Part shown: one piece after another, positions 29,766 through 40,129 of the stretch | How the letters are laid out: each line of letters begins with the position of its first letter | How positions within the stretch are numbered: position 1 is the stretch's first letter | DNA from: Candidatus Thorarchaeota archaeon | GTDB taxonomy: Archaea > Asgardarchaeota > Thorarchaeia > Thorarchaeales > Thorarchaeaceae | DNA length: 64,000 bases | Direction of reading: 5' to 3' | NCBI GenBank assembly: GCA_046482545.1 | Contig: JAWOEX010000028.1 | Span: 1 to 64,000, forward strand | The notes under the pieces: model-generated | The model's input: the letters and a program-made list of their open reading frames with translations, nothing else | Told to the model about the DNA's origin: nothing | Databases searched by the model: none | Program-made: the position numbers and the translations under genes

Positions 29766-29826
29766 ATTGCTTCTTTTCACGATGAAAGAATAAGAGTTAT
29801 CGCTTGGTAATACATATTCCATTTAA

Positions 29827-30783
29827 GTGATAGATGTGTTAAGCTTTGGAATCCAGATAGAGCCACAATTCGGCTATGAGTTCAGTCGGATTAGAAGCCT
29901 TTCAAGCCTCGCAATCGAAAACGGATTCGATACGGTTTGGTTCTCCGACCACTTCATATTAAACTCCGAGGCCACAGATAGAGTCTTGCTTGACCCTTGG
30001 CTAGTCATGTCCGCCCTAAGCAGAGAGAACAGTGATATCCGCCTTGGGTCACTGGTTTTCTGTAACAGCTACAGGAATCCAGCGCTTCACGCCAAAATGG
30101 GCGCTACGCTTGACAATCTTTCAGGCGGCCGTCTGGAATTTGGAATAGGTGCGGGTTGGAAAAAACTAGACTATGAGGCATACGGAATCGAATATCCGGA
30201 TGATTTGACACGGATAGAACAGCTTGGTGAAGCGCTTCAAGTAATAAAGGGCGCATGGACAGAAGAGAAATTCACGTTTGATGGAGACCATTATTCTGTA
30301 GAGAATTTGATTTCGGAACCCAAACCGGTACAGGAACCACATCCTACGATTTGGGTGGGCAGTATGACTGGCAGAGATCATATAGTTGAGGTTGCAGCCA
30401 GATACGGAGATGGATTGAACCTCGCTTGGACGTTTACTCCAAAGCAGTGTGAGGAAATCTTCAGAAGAATGTCATCCATAGCTGAACAGCATGGAAGACA
30501 GCAGAGCATTCAGAAATCAATTGGCCTTTGGACACGATGGTTCAAGAACCGTAATGAGATGGACAAAAAGATAGAGGAAGTGGCGAAGAAGCGAGACTTG
30601 GCAGTTGAGGACTACCGAGATAGAATAAGCTCTGCACTGTGGGGAAATACCGAAATGATTGTTGAGCGTATCCAGGCGTACCAAGAAATAGGTGTAACGC
30701 ACTTCATATTCATGTTCCCTTATGGTGAGGAGGCCGACCAGTGCCAAGCCTTTGGTGAACACGTGCTTCCAGCTTTCAGCTAG
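29827..30783 (+). CDS. LLM-class (probably F420-dependent) oxidoreductase
   Basis: GFDTVWFSDHF, YRNPALHAKMGATLD, GRLEFGIGAGW, PKPVQEPHP. Confidence 0.92.
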   Translation: MIDVLSFGIQIEPQFGYEFSRIRSLSSLAIENGFDTVWFSDHFILNSEATDRVLLDPWLVMSALSRENSDIRLGSLVFCNSYRNPALHAKMGATLDNLSGGRLEFGIGAGWKKLDYEAYGIEYPDDLTRIEQLGEALQVIKGAWTEEKFTFDGDHYSVENLISEPKPVQEPHPTIWVGSMTGRDHIVEVAARYGDGLNLAWTFTPKQCEEIFRRMSSIAEQHGRQQSIQKSIGLWTRWFKNRNEMDKKIEEVAKKRDLAVEDYRDRISSALWGNTEMIVERIQAYQEIGVTHFIFMFPYGEEADQCQAFGEHVLPAFS

Positions 30784-31045
30784 GTATCCGCCTACAACTG
30801 AAACAATCACCGCACATAAGAGTAGGTTTAGAATACGAAGTCAAGAGGCAAGAACATCTTAGTCTGAGAGCCATTTTTGTATACATCAAGATCAAAAACT
30901 GAAACCCCGTACAGAGACTTTAATATAGGCCACTTTTTCACCAATATGCAAGGCACTTATGACATCACTAAATGCTACACTCTATCCAATGATAATAACA
31001 AACAGACGAATACTGTAGATTTCAGCCAATTCAGGTGCAAACACG

Positions 31046-31621
31046 ATGACACATGAACAACAGCAAGTCGAGGAAGAAGCAAGTGTTACTTGCCCCCCTG
31101 AAGAAAGAGAAAAGCTAGTCGCCATATTCCGACCAAGCCGCGCCGGGAGACTCATCCACTACGCGGTGGGTTTCATTGCGCTCATCTCGGGTACCCTCTT
31201 CAACATCATGACTGCGGGGAGTATCATCCCCTACAGGACCGTTTCTTGGAATGTGGGCATTGGAGCTATGGTCTTTGGCATCCTAGTAATACTGGGAGTT
31301 GAAGCTGCCCGAAGGTACACACTATACATCATCACTACTTGGAACGTGCGCGTCAGAACCGGAGTTATAAGCAAGCACACGAGGAGGGTTTTCTACGACG
31401 ACATAAGCAGGGTGGAGATTGTAAGCGAACCTCAAGAAGTTGCTGTTGGTATAGGTGACGTGGTTATCTATATGGAGAGTAACGGAGAAGAACCTGTTCT
31501 GGTGATAAGGGATATGAACAATCCAAAAGGCATACGAGAGCTGATTAGAAGGTTTGTGGAAACCACAGATGAGCCGACTAATTGGTCCCATGTCGAGAAG
31601 ACAATAGTGGCTCCTTGGTAG
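31046..31621 (+). CDS. Membrane protein with bacterial-type PH (bPH_2) domain
   Basis: Two TM helices followed by YIIT..V..RTGVIS...V.YDDI..V....GIGDVVI. Confidence 0.75.
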   Translation: MTHEQQQVEEEASVTCPPEEREKLVAIFRPSRAGRLIHYAVGFIALISGTLFNIMTAGSIIPYRTVSWNVGIGAMVFGILVILGVEAARRYTLYIITTWNVRVRTGVISKHTRRVFYDDISRVEIVSEPQEVAVGIGDVVIYMESNGEEPVLVIRDMNNPKGIRELIRRFVETTDEPTNWSHVEKTIVAPW

Positions 31622-31687
31622 GACATCAAATGAGAAGTAACACACATTAGTACTCTCTTTCTAGACAAGAAGCAAGAGGCGCTCGAC

Positions 31688-32518
31688 ATGAGCGATGTAT
31701 CAATTAGTTATCTGACAAAAAACGGGACATATTCTGAGAAGATTTTTGATATTGATTCCAAAAGCATCAATCTCTCAGGGTGCGATATCACTCACATTGA
31801 CCTTAAACAATTTGAGGGCTTTGAGAATCTGAGAAAACTTGACTTATCAGCCAATTGGCTTGAAACAATTATCTTGGAACCACTAGGCGCACAAACAGAA
31901 CTCAATCATCTCGATCTCAGTTCGAATAGACTCAGAGAAATTGATTTATGGCCTGTCGAAAAAATGGATTTGGAGTACATCTCACTAGCTATCAACAGAA
32001 TTCGAGACTTAAATTTGGCCCCTCTTGCCTTCTGTCCAAATCTGGAAGAAGCATATCTCCAGACAAATTCCATTCAAAGCATCGATTTGTCGCCCTTGAG
32101 TCACTGCAAGCAATTGAGATTTCTGAGAATAGATGATAACGAGCTATACGCCATAGACTTAGATCCTTTGGCAGGATGCACTCGGTTGCAAGAGTTATTC
32201 TTGGAGAGCAATCCTTTCGAAACTATAGATTTGAGCCCACTTAGAGGATGTAAACAGCTGGAAGGTCTTTGGCTCAGAGAAGCTGAATTACTGGCAGTCA
32301 CCCTGCATCCATTGTCAGAATCAAAGAGCTTGTTGTGGCTTGACTTGAGCGATAATGAGTTACATTTTTTGGACATTACACCGCTTTTCGATTGCCCAGA
32401 CCTTGAATCCGTAATGCTAGATGACTCGGTTATCCTGATAGCCGATAATAAATACAAAGATAGAGAATTCCCATATGCCTTGAGGAAATTTAGAGATAGA
32501 ATATACTGGCCTGAATGA
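31688..32518 (+). CDS. Leucine-rich repeat protein
   Basis: About 10 ~22-aa LxxLxLxxNxLxxIDLxPL repeats. Confidence 0.93.
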   Translation: MSDVSISYLTKNGTYSEKIFDIDSKSINLSGCDITHIDLKQFEGFENLRKLDLSANWLETIILEPLGAQTELNHLDLSSNRLREIDLWPVEKMDLEYISLAINRIRDLNLAPLAFCPNLEEAYLQTNSIQSIDLSPLSHCKQLRFLRIDDNELYAIDLDPLAGCTRLQELFLESNPFETIDLSPLRGCKQLEGLWLREAELLAVTLHPLSESKSLLWLDLSDNELHFLDITPLFDCPDLESVMLDDSVILIADNKYKDREFPYALRKFRDRIYWPE

Positions 32519-32629
32519 AATCCACCTATCAAACACAAGAGCTGGATAATCTTTACGAGTTAGCATTGTATTATTTAGACAACACTCATCCCTATCTTTA
32601 GCTTTGAGCCAGACAAATTGTGATTTGCC

Positions 32630-33301
32630 ATGGGGCAGCCAGAAGAGTCAGCAGCGAAGAGGACTCTAAAAATTGCAGGGGTCTTCCAAGAACTGACTGA
32701 AACGTGGAGCAACCGATTGAATGCATATTTTTCCCAGATAGACTCACTCGTAGATGGGGAGTGGTTGGATTCATCTGATTTGAAAGGAATACTCCGCGAA
32801 GCTAGGGAAGCTTCAAACGAAGCTTTGAATGGTCTTGGACGCGATTTGAGTGCTGAACTCATACAGAGGTCTGCAGGTGTATTCTCGAGGCACGAGAATG
32901 AAAGAGCTGCAATGATAGAGGAGATGAATAATCTCAAGGCTCAGCTTGACCAAGCTTTATCTGCTGACACAGGTAAGTTAATCCAGGAAAACAACTCGCT
33001 CAAACAGGCTCTTCTGAAAGTCCCAGAATATCAAGTCCTTAGTGCTCTGGAGAATCAGAAAGAAGCAACATACAAGGAACTGGGAGAAGCGTGCGATATA
33101 CGAACACGAAAGACAAGACCTCTGGTGCGCACGCTGGCTAAATGGGGTAACGCTAGTATTGACAAAGATACACGGCCGCATCGAATATTTTTCATATCAG
33201 CTCCTTGGGGGGATGATACATCAGAATCTTTCCAGCCAAGTCAAGAATTCGTCAAGAGTAGCAGGAAAAAGGAACTGGCAATTGAAATGTCAGAAATCTA
33301 A
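32630..33301 (+). CDS. Hypothetical coiled-coil + winged-helix protein
   Basis: Helical/heptad N-terminus; C-terminal YQVLSALE...ATYKELGEACDI...LVRTLAKWG is wHTH-like. Confidence 0.55.
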   Translation: MGQPEESAAKRTLKIAGVFQELTETWSNRLNAYFSQIDSLVDGEWLDSSDLKGILREAREASNEALNGLGRDLSAELIQRSAGVFSRHENERAAMIEEMNNLKAQLDQALSADTGKLIQENNSLKQALLKVPEYQVLSALENQKEATYKELGEACDIRTRKTRPLVRTLAKWGNASIDKDTRPHRIFFISAPWGDDTSESFQPSQEFVKSSRKKELAIEMSEI

Positions 33302-33340
33302 GCTTTACTTCTGATCACAACGCATAATCTCCAGATTATT

Positions 33341-34039
33341 TTGAAAAATCGACAAGCGATGTTTCCTCACTCAAGCTTCTTAAATTATGAATTGAACTAC
33401 TCCCACGTGACCTACGGAGGCAGAAAGTTGTTCCGATCAGATCATGAGACGATACATGTCAAGTGGCCCCGCAGATGTATAGCTTGCGGAAAGCGGATGG
33501 AAGAAGGCTCTGAACGATTCAGCAAAACCTACGACCGTATATGGATTGACAGAGACAATGAATCCTTCTCTGATGGAAAGCGGGTCATGGTCGAGCAGCA
33601 CAAGAAAATTCGAGCTACACTCTACATCTGCGAAGAGTGTAAAATCGACGCTCAAGAGAAAGTATCTGCTATAGGCGCTAAGTATGAAAATCGAGAAGAA
33701 ACTATGTGTAAGGTGTCTTTCAGCTTCTTTCTCTTTACAATTGGTTTGTTCGCCTTTCAACTGATGTTTCCAATTCTTCCTTTGCGTACATTTGGGATGG
33801 CTGCCTCAATATTGACCATTGCCACAATTGTAATGGGTGCTATCTGGACCAGAATAGCAAAGCGAGCAGAGCGGGTCAAGATTCTTCGAGAGAAACCGCC
33901 AGCTGGATTTTTGGGAATTGAAGTAGATGACCAAGGAAAGCTATGCTTTGTATTTAGCAATTCCAAATATGCTAAAGAGTTTAAGAAGATAAATCCATCA
34001 CTGAATACACAATCAGAACTGAATCCTTTTGCGCTCTGA
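33341..34039 (+). CDS. Hypothetical Zn-finger membrane protein (start uncertain)
   Basis: WPRRCIACG...YICEEC, two TM helices, C-terminal FSNSKYAKEFKKIN. Confidence 0.65.
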   Translation: MKNRQAMFPHSSFLNYELNYSHVTYGGRKLFRSDHETIHVKWPRRCIACGKRMEEGSERFSKTYDRIWIDRDNESFSDGKRVMVEQHKKIRATLYICEECKIDAQEKVSAIGAKYENREETMCKVSFSFFLFTIGLFAFQLMFPILPLRTFGMAASILTIATIVMGAIWTRIAKRAERVKILREKPPAGFLGIEVDDQGKLCFVFSNSKYAKEFKKINPSLNTQSELNPFAL

Positions 34040-34376
34040 ATAGAAAAAAGAGAAACAGAGATGAGGGCATCTATTCGCCCTTGAGCATCTCTGGGGGATT
34101 ATGCTTGGCGTGTTCTTGCATTTGAGCCTCTGAATTGAATCTGTCACCGCAGGCCTCGAGACCCTCGATACGGCTGGCCGAATTTGAGCGGTTGGAAGGG
34201 ATATCTCATCCCCTATGAGGGATTCTGTTAGCATAGAACATCTAACTAAACTCATCAAGAAATTGGTTAAAGAATCAGAAAGGTTAAGAGAAGCATACTG
34301 ACTCCCTTTCAAGAGCCCATACTCCTCTAGAGGGATAGAAATGCATAGGGCAACAACCCCGGTTTCGAATGACGAT

Positions 34377-34670
34377 TTGTCAGTGAAAGGCAAAGAAAAT
34401 GTGTTCTGGACAAAAATCATTTGTGGAATGACTTTCGGTTTTTCAAGCTATTTCGTGACGCGGTTCACAGCAGCTCCTTGGTATCTGCTTATTCTGGTCT
34501 TTTTTGTACCCACCATGATTATCTCCACATTCGTAATTTGGAGAAAAGCACAGGTGCTTGGAGTCGAAATATCCATAGCTGAAGCAATGAAATCGGCCTT
34601 TGATTTTACTGGGAGTTGGTTGATGGCATACATTGCTTTCGTTACTTTGGCCTATTTTGTCGGGTGGTAA
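34377..34670 (+). CDS. Small 3-TM protein, possibly EMC6-like
   Basis: Three hydrophobic segments with an EMC6-like spacing. Start (TTG 34377, GTG 34383 or ATG 34341) is uncertain. Confidence 0.5.
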   Translation: MSVKGKENVFWTKIICGMTFGFSSYFVTRFTAAPWYLLILVFFVPTMIISTFVIWRKAQVLGVEISIAEAMKSAFDFTGSWLMAYIAFVTLAYFVGW

Positions 34671-35956
34671 GTCTGAGGCGAAAATATCAGCTTATGATAG
34701 CACTATTTCTTGTTGAGATAGTCGCATTGTCCATATTTTTCGGAGTGATACCTACCACTCAGCCACTGGGAATGCCTCTTGACATAGACTACATCTCCGA
34801 TGGTGAATACAAGGGCAACTTCTTGATATCGGATAATAGCGGAAAAGTCATGATTGTAAATGACAATCTAGATGTGCTCTGGCAAAGCGATATCCCGGAG
34901 GTTTTCGTCCATGAAGCAGAAATCATGCCAAATGGAAATGTCATGGTCGCCGATACCGCAGGGGAACGAGTTTACGAGCTGGACATCGAAGACCCATCAC
35001 GAGTTGTGTGGGAATGGAATCCGAAAAACGTGGATGATGTCAACTGGACCGCCTACGGAGAAAGTTGGGACTGGAGCGATGAAGCTCTTGAGTATATCCA
35101 GAACAAAGAACCTGAGACAGGTGATTGGACACACATTAACGATGCTGAGTGGATTAACGGTACAAGGCGAGGGCGAAATTACGATTCAATCCTGATATCA
35201 ATCAGGAACTTCGACATGGTTGTCGAGGTCAACTACTCGGAAACTAAAGAAATTATCTGGCATTACGGGGAACCAACGAAAAAAGACAAGCTTAACCATC
35301 AGCACAATCCTGACATTAGAGAGAATGGTAATATCATCATTTGCGATTCTGAGAACCATCGGATTATCGAAGTGGACTACGAGACAAAACAGGTTGTATG
35401 GGAATACTCACCAGATTTTCCTGAGGGCAAGCTTCGTTGGGCAAGAGACTGTGATGACCTCGGAAATGGGACCTATCTGATTACAGATTCCAACAACGGT
35501 CGGGTATTCCTTTTGGATAGAGAGACAAAGGAAATCCTAATCGAGTACGGAAAGGATTTCCTTATTCAGCCATATGAAGCAGATCTAGTCATTATCGACG
35601 GGAAGGAAAGAATCCTCGTTGGCGATTCTCCGTCTACAGCTATCACTATAATCAATCCAACAGATGGCTCCTTCCAGCATATTGGCTATCCATTCATGGC
35701 CAACTACATTCGACTGACAGCGGGGCTATTTGTAGTCTACTACGGATTCATGTTCGCAGGAGCATATAGCAGAGCCGAAGGTTCCGGAGCTGTGTCCAAG
35801 CTAAAGAAGCACGAAGTCTACATCCAGGTAGCTCATCTCATATTGTCATTCACTATCTTCTGGTTTCTCGGTGCTTTCTACCGCTTCATCATTGAGTTCG
35901 GGCTGTTTCCAATCGTGGACAGAATCACTTGGGTGTTTGTTAGGCCTACTCCCTGA
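34664..35956 (+). CDS. Membrane-anchored aryl-sulfate sulfotransferase (ASST)-like beta-propeller protein
   Basis: N-terminal TM, WTHINDAE, ILISIRNFDMVVEVN, HQHNPD, WARDCD, C-terminal TMs. GTG start overlaps the upstream stop. Confidence 0.78.
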   Translation: MVSLRRKYQLMIALFLVEIVALSIFFGVIPTTQPLGMPLDIDYISDGEYKGNFLISDNSGKVMIVNDNLDVLWQSDIPEVFVHEAEIMPNGNVMVADTAGERVYELDIEDPSRVVWEWNPKNVDDVNWTAYGESWDWSDEALEYIQNKEPETGDWTHINDAEWINGTRRGRNYDSILISIRNFDMVVEVNYSETKEIIWHYGEPTKKDKLNHQHNPDIRENGNIIICDSENHRIIEVDYETKQVVWEYSPDFPEGKLRWARDCDDLGNGTYLITDSNNGRVFLLDRETKEILIEYGKDFLIQPYEADLVIIDGKERILVGDSPSTAITIINPTDGSFQHIGYPFMANYIRLTAGLFVVYYGFMFAGAYSRAEGSGAVSKLKKHEVYIQVAHLILSFTIFWFLGAFYRFIIEFGLFPIVDRITWVFVRPTP

Positions 35957-36057
35957 ACCGGGAAATCGATGCAGTTGTGAGCAGAGTGGCCGTATGATAG
36001 AGACGGACCAAAGACCTTTTCACCACCCTTTACGAAGCCCCCTGAAGTGAATGAAGG

Positions 36058-37803
36058 ATGTTTCTGGAGAGACCAGATGAGTATCCCCTTGACCAAATGA
36101 TTGACGTTGCAGCGGGCCGAACTCGTGCAGACATTGTTTTGAAAAATGGGGCGGTTGTCAATGTCTTTACTGGAGAAGTTACGGAAGGGGATGTAGCCAT
36201 CCATAGTGGGTACATAGCTGGAATCGGCGAGTATCAAGGAAAAGAAGTCATTGATGTGGAGGGAAAGTATGTTGCACCCTCGTTTATCGATGGTCATGTA
36301 CATGTAGAGTCAAGCATGGTCATGCCGGTTCAATATGCCAGGGCCGTCGTGCCTCATGGAACCGGTGCTGTAATAGCAGATCCTCATGAAATAGCGAATG
36401 TGCTTGGTATGGAAGGTATAATGTACATGTCCAAGAGCATGAGGGGGGGACCAATGAGCTTCTACATAATGATACCATCTTGCATTCCATCTACAGACTT
36501 GGAGACGAATGGTGTTGCGCTGGATTTCTTGGATATCAAACCTCTCATGACCGAAGAGTATGTTCTTGGCCTTGCGGAAGCGATGAATTACCAAGGAGTC
36601 ATCACTAGGGAACCAGACATCCTCGAAAAAATTAGAGTCACACTTCACGCAGGAAAACGCGTCGATGGACATGCTCCGGGACTTAATGGGCTTGATCTCA
36701 ATGCCTATGTTGCAGCAAGAATAACTTCAGAGCATGAGGCTACTACTCTCGAAGAGGCCAAAGAGAAGCTCGCGACAGGTATGCATATCCATATTCGCGA
36801 GGGGTCAACCGCAAGGAACTTAGCTGATTTAGCAGGAATAATCAAACCGGAGACTGCGACGTTCTGCAGTTTCGTAACTGATGACCGGAATACTCTTGAT
36901 TTGCTTGAACGAGGCCACATCGATGGCATGATTCGTGAGGCGATTCAATTGGGTGTTGATCCAGTCCTCGCAATCAAAGCTGCTACTCAATCTACTGCAA
37001 GGCATTATGGACTCCATCAAGCAGGAGCAGTGGCGCCCGGCTACTACGCTGACCTTGTTATACTGGACTCGTTAGAAGATATTGGAGTAGAGATGGTCTT
37101 CAAGAGCGGACACTTGGTCGCAAAAGATGGCAAGATGGTTGATAAATTCGGCGTAGAGGAAATACCAAATCTGAGAAGATCTGTGAACATTCACTGGCTT
37201 GAGCCTGAAGATTTCCAAGTTCCAGCACGTGGAGATAGAATGAATGTCATCGGTATGGTCCCAAATCAGATAGTTACTAACCATCTTGTCGAAGAAACCA
37301 ACGTCGTTGATGGGCTTGCTGTACCTGACGTAGATCGAGATTTGGCCAAAGTAACGGTTATCGAGCGGCACAATGCGACGAAGCCTCATACAATTGGTTT
37401 TGTGAAAGGTTCAGGCATAAAGGAAGGTGCAATGGTCTCTTCGATAGCCCATGATAGCCACAACATCGTGGTGGTTTCAACTAATGATGCCGACTTGATA
37501 GAAGCGGCAGTTCAAATCCTGAGAATGCAGGGAGGAATTTCGGTAGTGCGAGATGGTGAGATTCTCGCGTCGCTTGCACTGCCCATAGCAGGGCTGATGT
37601 CGGATCAACCGATAGAGCATGTTAGCGAGAAACTCAAGAACTTGAGAGATGCGGCGCAATCAATCGGTTCTTCTCTTGAGGAACCATTCATGGCAATGGC
37701 ATTTCTATCGCTGCCGGTTATACCCGAGCTTAAGATTACAGACAAGGGGCTTATCGATGTTGACAAATTCAGAATTATTGATCTATTCGATACTCCGAAC
37801 TAA
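36058..37803 (+). CDS. ade: Adenine deaminase
   Basis: IDGHVHVESS, ADPHEIANV, DGHAP, IREGS, TDD, AHDSHN, FLSLPVIP. Confidence 0.95.
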   Translation: MFLERPDEYPLDQMIDVAAGRTRADIVLKNGAVVNVFTGEVTEGDVAIHSGYIAGIGEYQGKEVIDVEGKYVAPSFIDGHVHVESSMVMPVQYARAVVPHGTGAVIADPHEIANVLGMEGIMYMSKSMRGGPMSFYIMIPSCIPSTDLETNGVALDFLDIKPLMTEEYVLGLAEAMNYQGVITREPDILEKIRVTLHAGKRVDGHAPGLNGLDLNAYVAARITSEHEATTLEEAKEKLATGMHIHIREGSTARNLADLAGIIKPETATFCSFVTDDRNTLDLLERGHIDGMIREAIQLGVDPVLAIKAATQSTARHYGLHQAGAVAPGYYADLVILDSLEDIGVEMVFKSGHLVAKDGKMVDKFGVEEIPNLRRSVNIHWLEPEDFQVPARGDRMNVIGMVPNQIVTNHLVEETNVVDGLAVPDVDRDLAKVTVIERHNATKPHTIGFVKGSGIKEGAMVSSIAHDSHNIVVVSTNDADLIEAAVQILRMQGGISVVRDGEILASLALPIAGLMSDQPIEHVSEKLKNLRDAAQSIGSSLEEPFMAMAFLSLPVIPELKITDKGLIDVDKFRIIDLFDTPN

Positions 37804-38618
37804 TCTGTAAGTCTGAGCTCTTCCTTGGCAGCTTGCATTTGCTCTCGTTTCTTGTACCCCGTTCTGATTGCAAGCACCGACCCACTGAACACCATGAGAG
37901 TAGCTATACCAAATGCCACGAACAAGATTGGCAAGAAATACTGATTCGGAAATGATAACAGATTGAAGAACAGACCCCTGAACAACAATAGGACAGCTTC
38001 TACAATCAAAATTGCAAACAGTGCGATACCAGCCGCAAGCTGTCTTTCATGCACATACACTTGCAAAGATATCTGAAGAAGAAAGGCCGAAAACACGTTT
38101 CCAAGGATATTTAGTATAAGCACGGAATCTCCGGGGATGAAAAAGTTGGGTATATTTGCCGGTCCCCAAGCGGTGAAGAACTGAGCATAAAGCATACTCA
38201 GGATGAAGAGCAGTTCATAAGCCATCATCAGAATGGCTCCTAGTCCTGTAACTCGCAAGATTTTGTTGTCGATGTCATCAGCCCAATCCATGTTCGAGAG
38301 ACGGTGATACTCTTCATTCAGCGGCCTTGCCCAACTGCTCTCAGCTTTGCAATGTGGCTTATCGCAGTTGACTATGGTGAAAAGCTTACCACCGTAATCA
38401 CCAACCCGCTTTTCGATACAATCCTCACATAGGAGATCACCACACACATGACAGATGCCTTTTGCGAGTCTGCCAGGATGATTGACACACTCTCTGCTCT
38501 GATCTGGACCTAACACTGGACTCGCACAATATTCGCACCGATTCACCTCGTCGTCATGAATTACTCGGACTGGCCCACCACAAGCCGGACATCGTATAGT
38601 CTGTACCATGAGAATCAT
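37800..38618 (-). CDS. Zn-ribbon + B-box-like membrane protein
   Basis: CPACG...CEYC followed by CVNHPGRLAKGICHVCGDLLCEDC; four TM helices. Confidence 0.75.
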   Translation of the reverse strand: MILMVQTIRCPACGGPVRVIHDDEVNRCEYCASPVLGPDQSRECVNHPGRLAKGICHVCGDLLCEDCIEKRVGDYGGKLFTIVNCDKPHCKAESSWARPLNEEYHRLSNMDWADDIDNKILRVTGLGAILMMAYELLFILSMLYAQFFTAWGPANIPNFFIPGDSVLILNILGNVFSAFLLQISLQVYVHERQLAAGIALFAILIVEAVLLLFRGLFFNLLSFPNQYFLPILFVAFGIATLMVFSGSVLAIRTGYKKREQMQAAKEELRLTD

Positions 38619-40015
38619 CCACGTCCATTTGCTCTACGGCGCCCCGCAACCTGTTGTTGCCAAGGTCTGGTAGTATCCCGGAGCTTTGACTCCTTCTGCT
38701 TTGCAGGATGGTCCTCGGTTAACTCCTGTTCACGAGCTTCTGCCAACGAAACGAAGTCTGTGTGCCGTATTATCTTGTAAGCTTCATATGCCACACCTAT
38801 AAGCCCGGCATAGAATAGTGCGGGTACTATGACTAGTGCACCAAGCAGGAGAAGTGCACCGACCAAAACAGGTATTGCCACGATTATTACCAACATCACG
38901 ATTAGGAAGGCTGCAGCATTATCCTTATTCCTTCCACGAGCTGAACGCATCGTCGATTGCGCAATTCTCATAGACCCGGCGAGTACATACTTCATTGCGG
39001 CAGCGTATTTCCCTAAGAATTTCCTGTAAAGCACCCCAACTTTTGAGAAGCGCCCGCCAGCTTGGTCGAACAACTCATCAATCGGCAAGACTAAGGATGT
39101 GGTCGTTACCGCAGGTTGATACCGTCCTTCAAAACAGTTCTGACAGAGATAGATATTTGAGCCGTGCCACCGCTCATCGACGGGAGGCTCCTGCGAAGTC
39201 AGACAGCGTCTACAGAAATGGTTACCACATACGGCGCACTTAGCCGCCGCTAGATACTCTGGATGGTTTTCACATGGGACAAACACTCCTGATACCGCCA
39301 GAGAAATACCGCAGTACGAGCATTCAACCGTATTATCAACCCTCATCTCTGTAAGGGATGTTGCTCCACCACAATTTGAGCAGAGGATAGCCATTCCTTC
39401 CTTTGTCGAGATACGACGGACATCCATGATTTCCTTTGCTTTCTCTTCCGAAAGCTGTGACCCATCTGGGCCAAGCATCTTGGTCTCTAATGGTGAAGGT
39501 ATGAGACCATCTTCAATCAGCGCCGCGCGGCCGCGGTCTCGTTCTATTACGGCACCGGGTGGGGGAACAACCTGGTCCCATCTTGCAAAAAGGTAAAGAA
39601 CGACTGCTAATTCCAGTCCGACAATCAATAGTGCAAGGTTCCCAATCCGGACGGAGAGCTGATATCCAAACCATGGAAAAGTCCAGCTGTAGTTCATCCC
39701 TGTGATATATAGAAAGAAACCTGCTACCATGACCGCAAAAATGCTGTATCCGATTTGGCCAAAAACAGCCCACCGACGTAAATCATCAACGTAATTGCCG
39801 ATGACGAGGCAAGGAATCGCCACTCCTGTAAGGATAATGAGAGAATAGATGAGTCCCATGCTCCCGAGGTCAGTGGCTCGGGTAACAGTAGCAGTCAAAA
39901 GGCCCGCCATAGCAAGAAGGCCAAGAATCCCAAATCCCATTTGCGTCAGGCCTATGAGTCGTAGACCAAAGGGCCGGTCATGGATTGTGTCCATTACATC
40001 CTCACTCTTGGTCAT
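38615..40015 (-). CDS. Multi-TM protein with central Zn-ribbon + B-box-like domain
   Basis: Four N-terminal TMs, CSNCG...CSYCG, CENHPEYLAAAKCAVCGNHFCRRC...CQNC, C-terminal TM hairpin. Confidence 0.75.
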   Translation of the reverse strand: MTKSEDVMDTIHDRPFGLRLIGLTQMGFGILGLLAMAGLLTATVTRATDLGSMGLIYSLIILTGVAIPCLVIGNYVDDLRRWAVFGQIGYSIFAVMVAGFFLYITGMNYSWTFPWFGYQLSVRIGNLALLIVGLELAVVLYLFARWDQVVPPPGAVIERDRGRAALIEDGLIPSPLETKMLGPDGSQLSEEKAKEIMDVRRISTKEGMAILCSNCGGATSLTEMRVDNTVECSYCGISLAVSGVFVPCENHPEYLAAAKCAVCGNHFCRRCLTSQEPPVDERWHGSNIYLCQNCFEGRYQPAVTTTSLVLPIDELFDQAGGRFSKVGVLYRKFLGKYAAAMKYVLAGSMRIAQSTMRSARGRNKDNAAAFLIVMLVIIVAIPVLVGALLLLGALVIVPALFYAGLIGVAYEAYKIIRHTDFVSLAEAREQELTEDHPAKQKESKLRDTTRPWQQQVAGRRRANGRG

Positions 40016-40129
40016 ATCTGCTCACTCATGAGATGGTGCATCAGGTATCTATTGCTATGCAATTCACTTTTGCTTTTCAATTTACTGTGCCTTGTAACCA
40101 AGATGAAGAAAGAACTCGGAGAAAGATTG

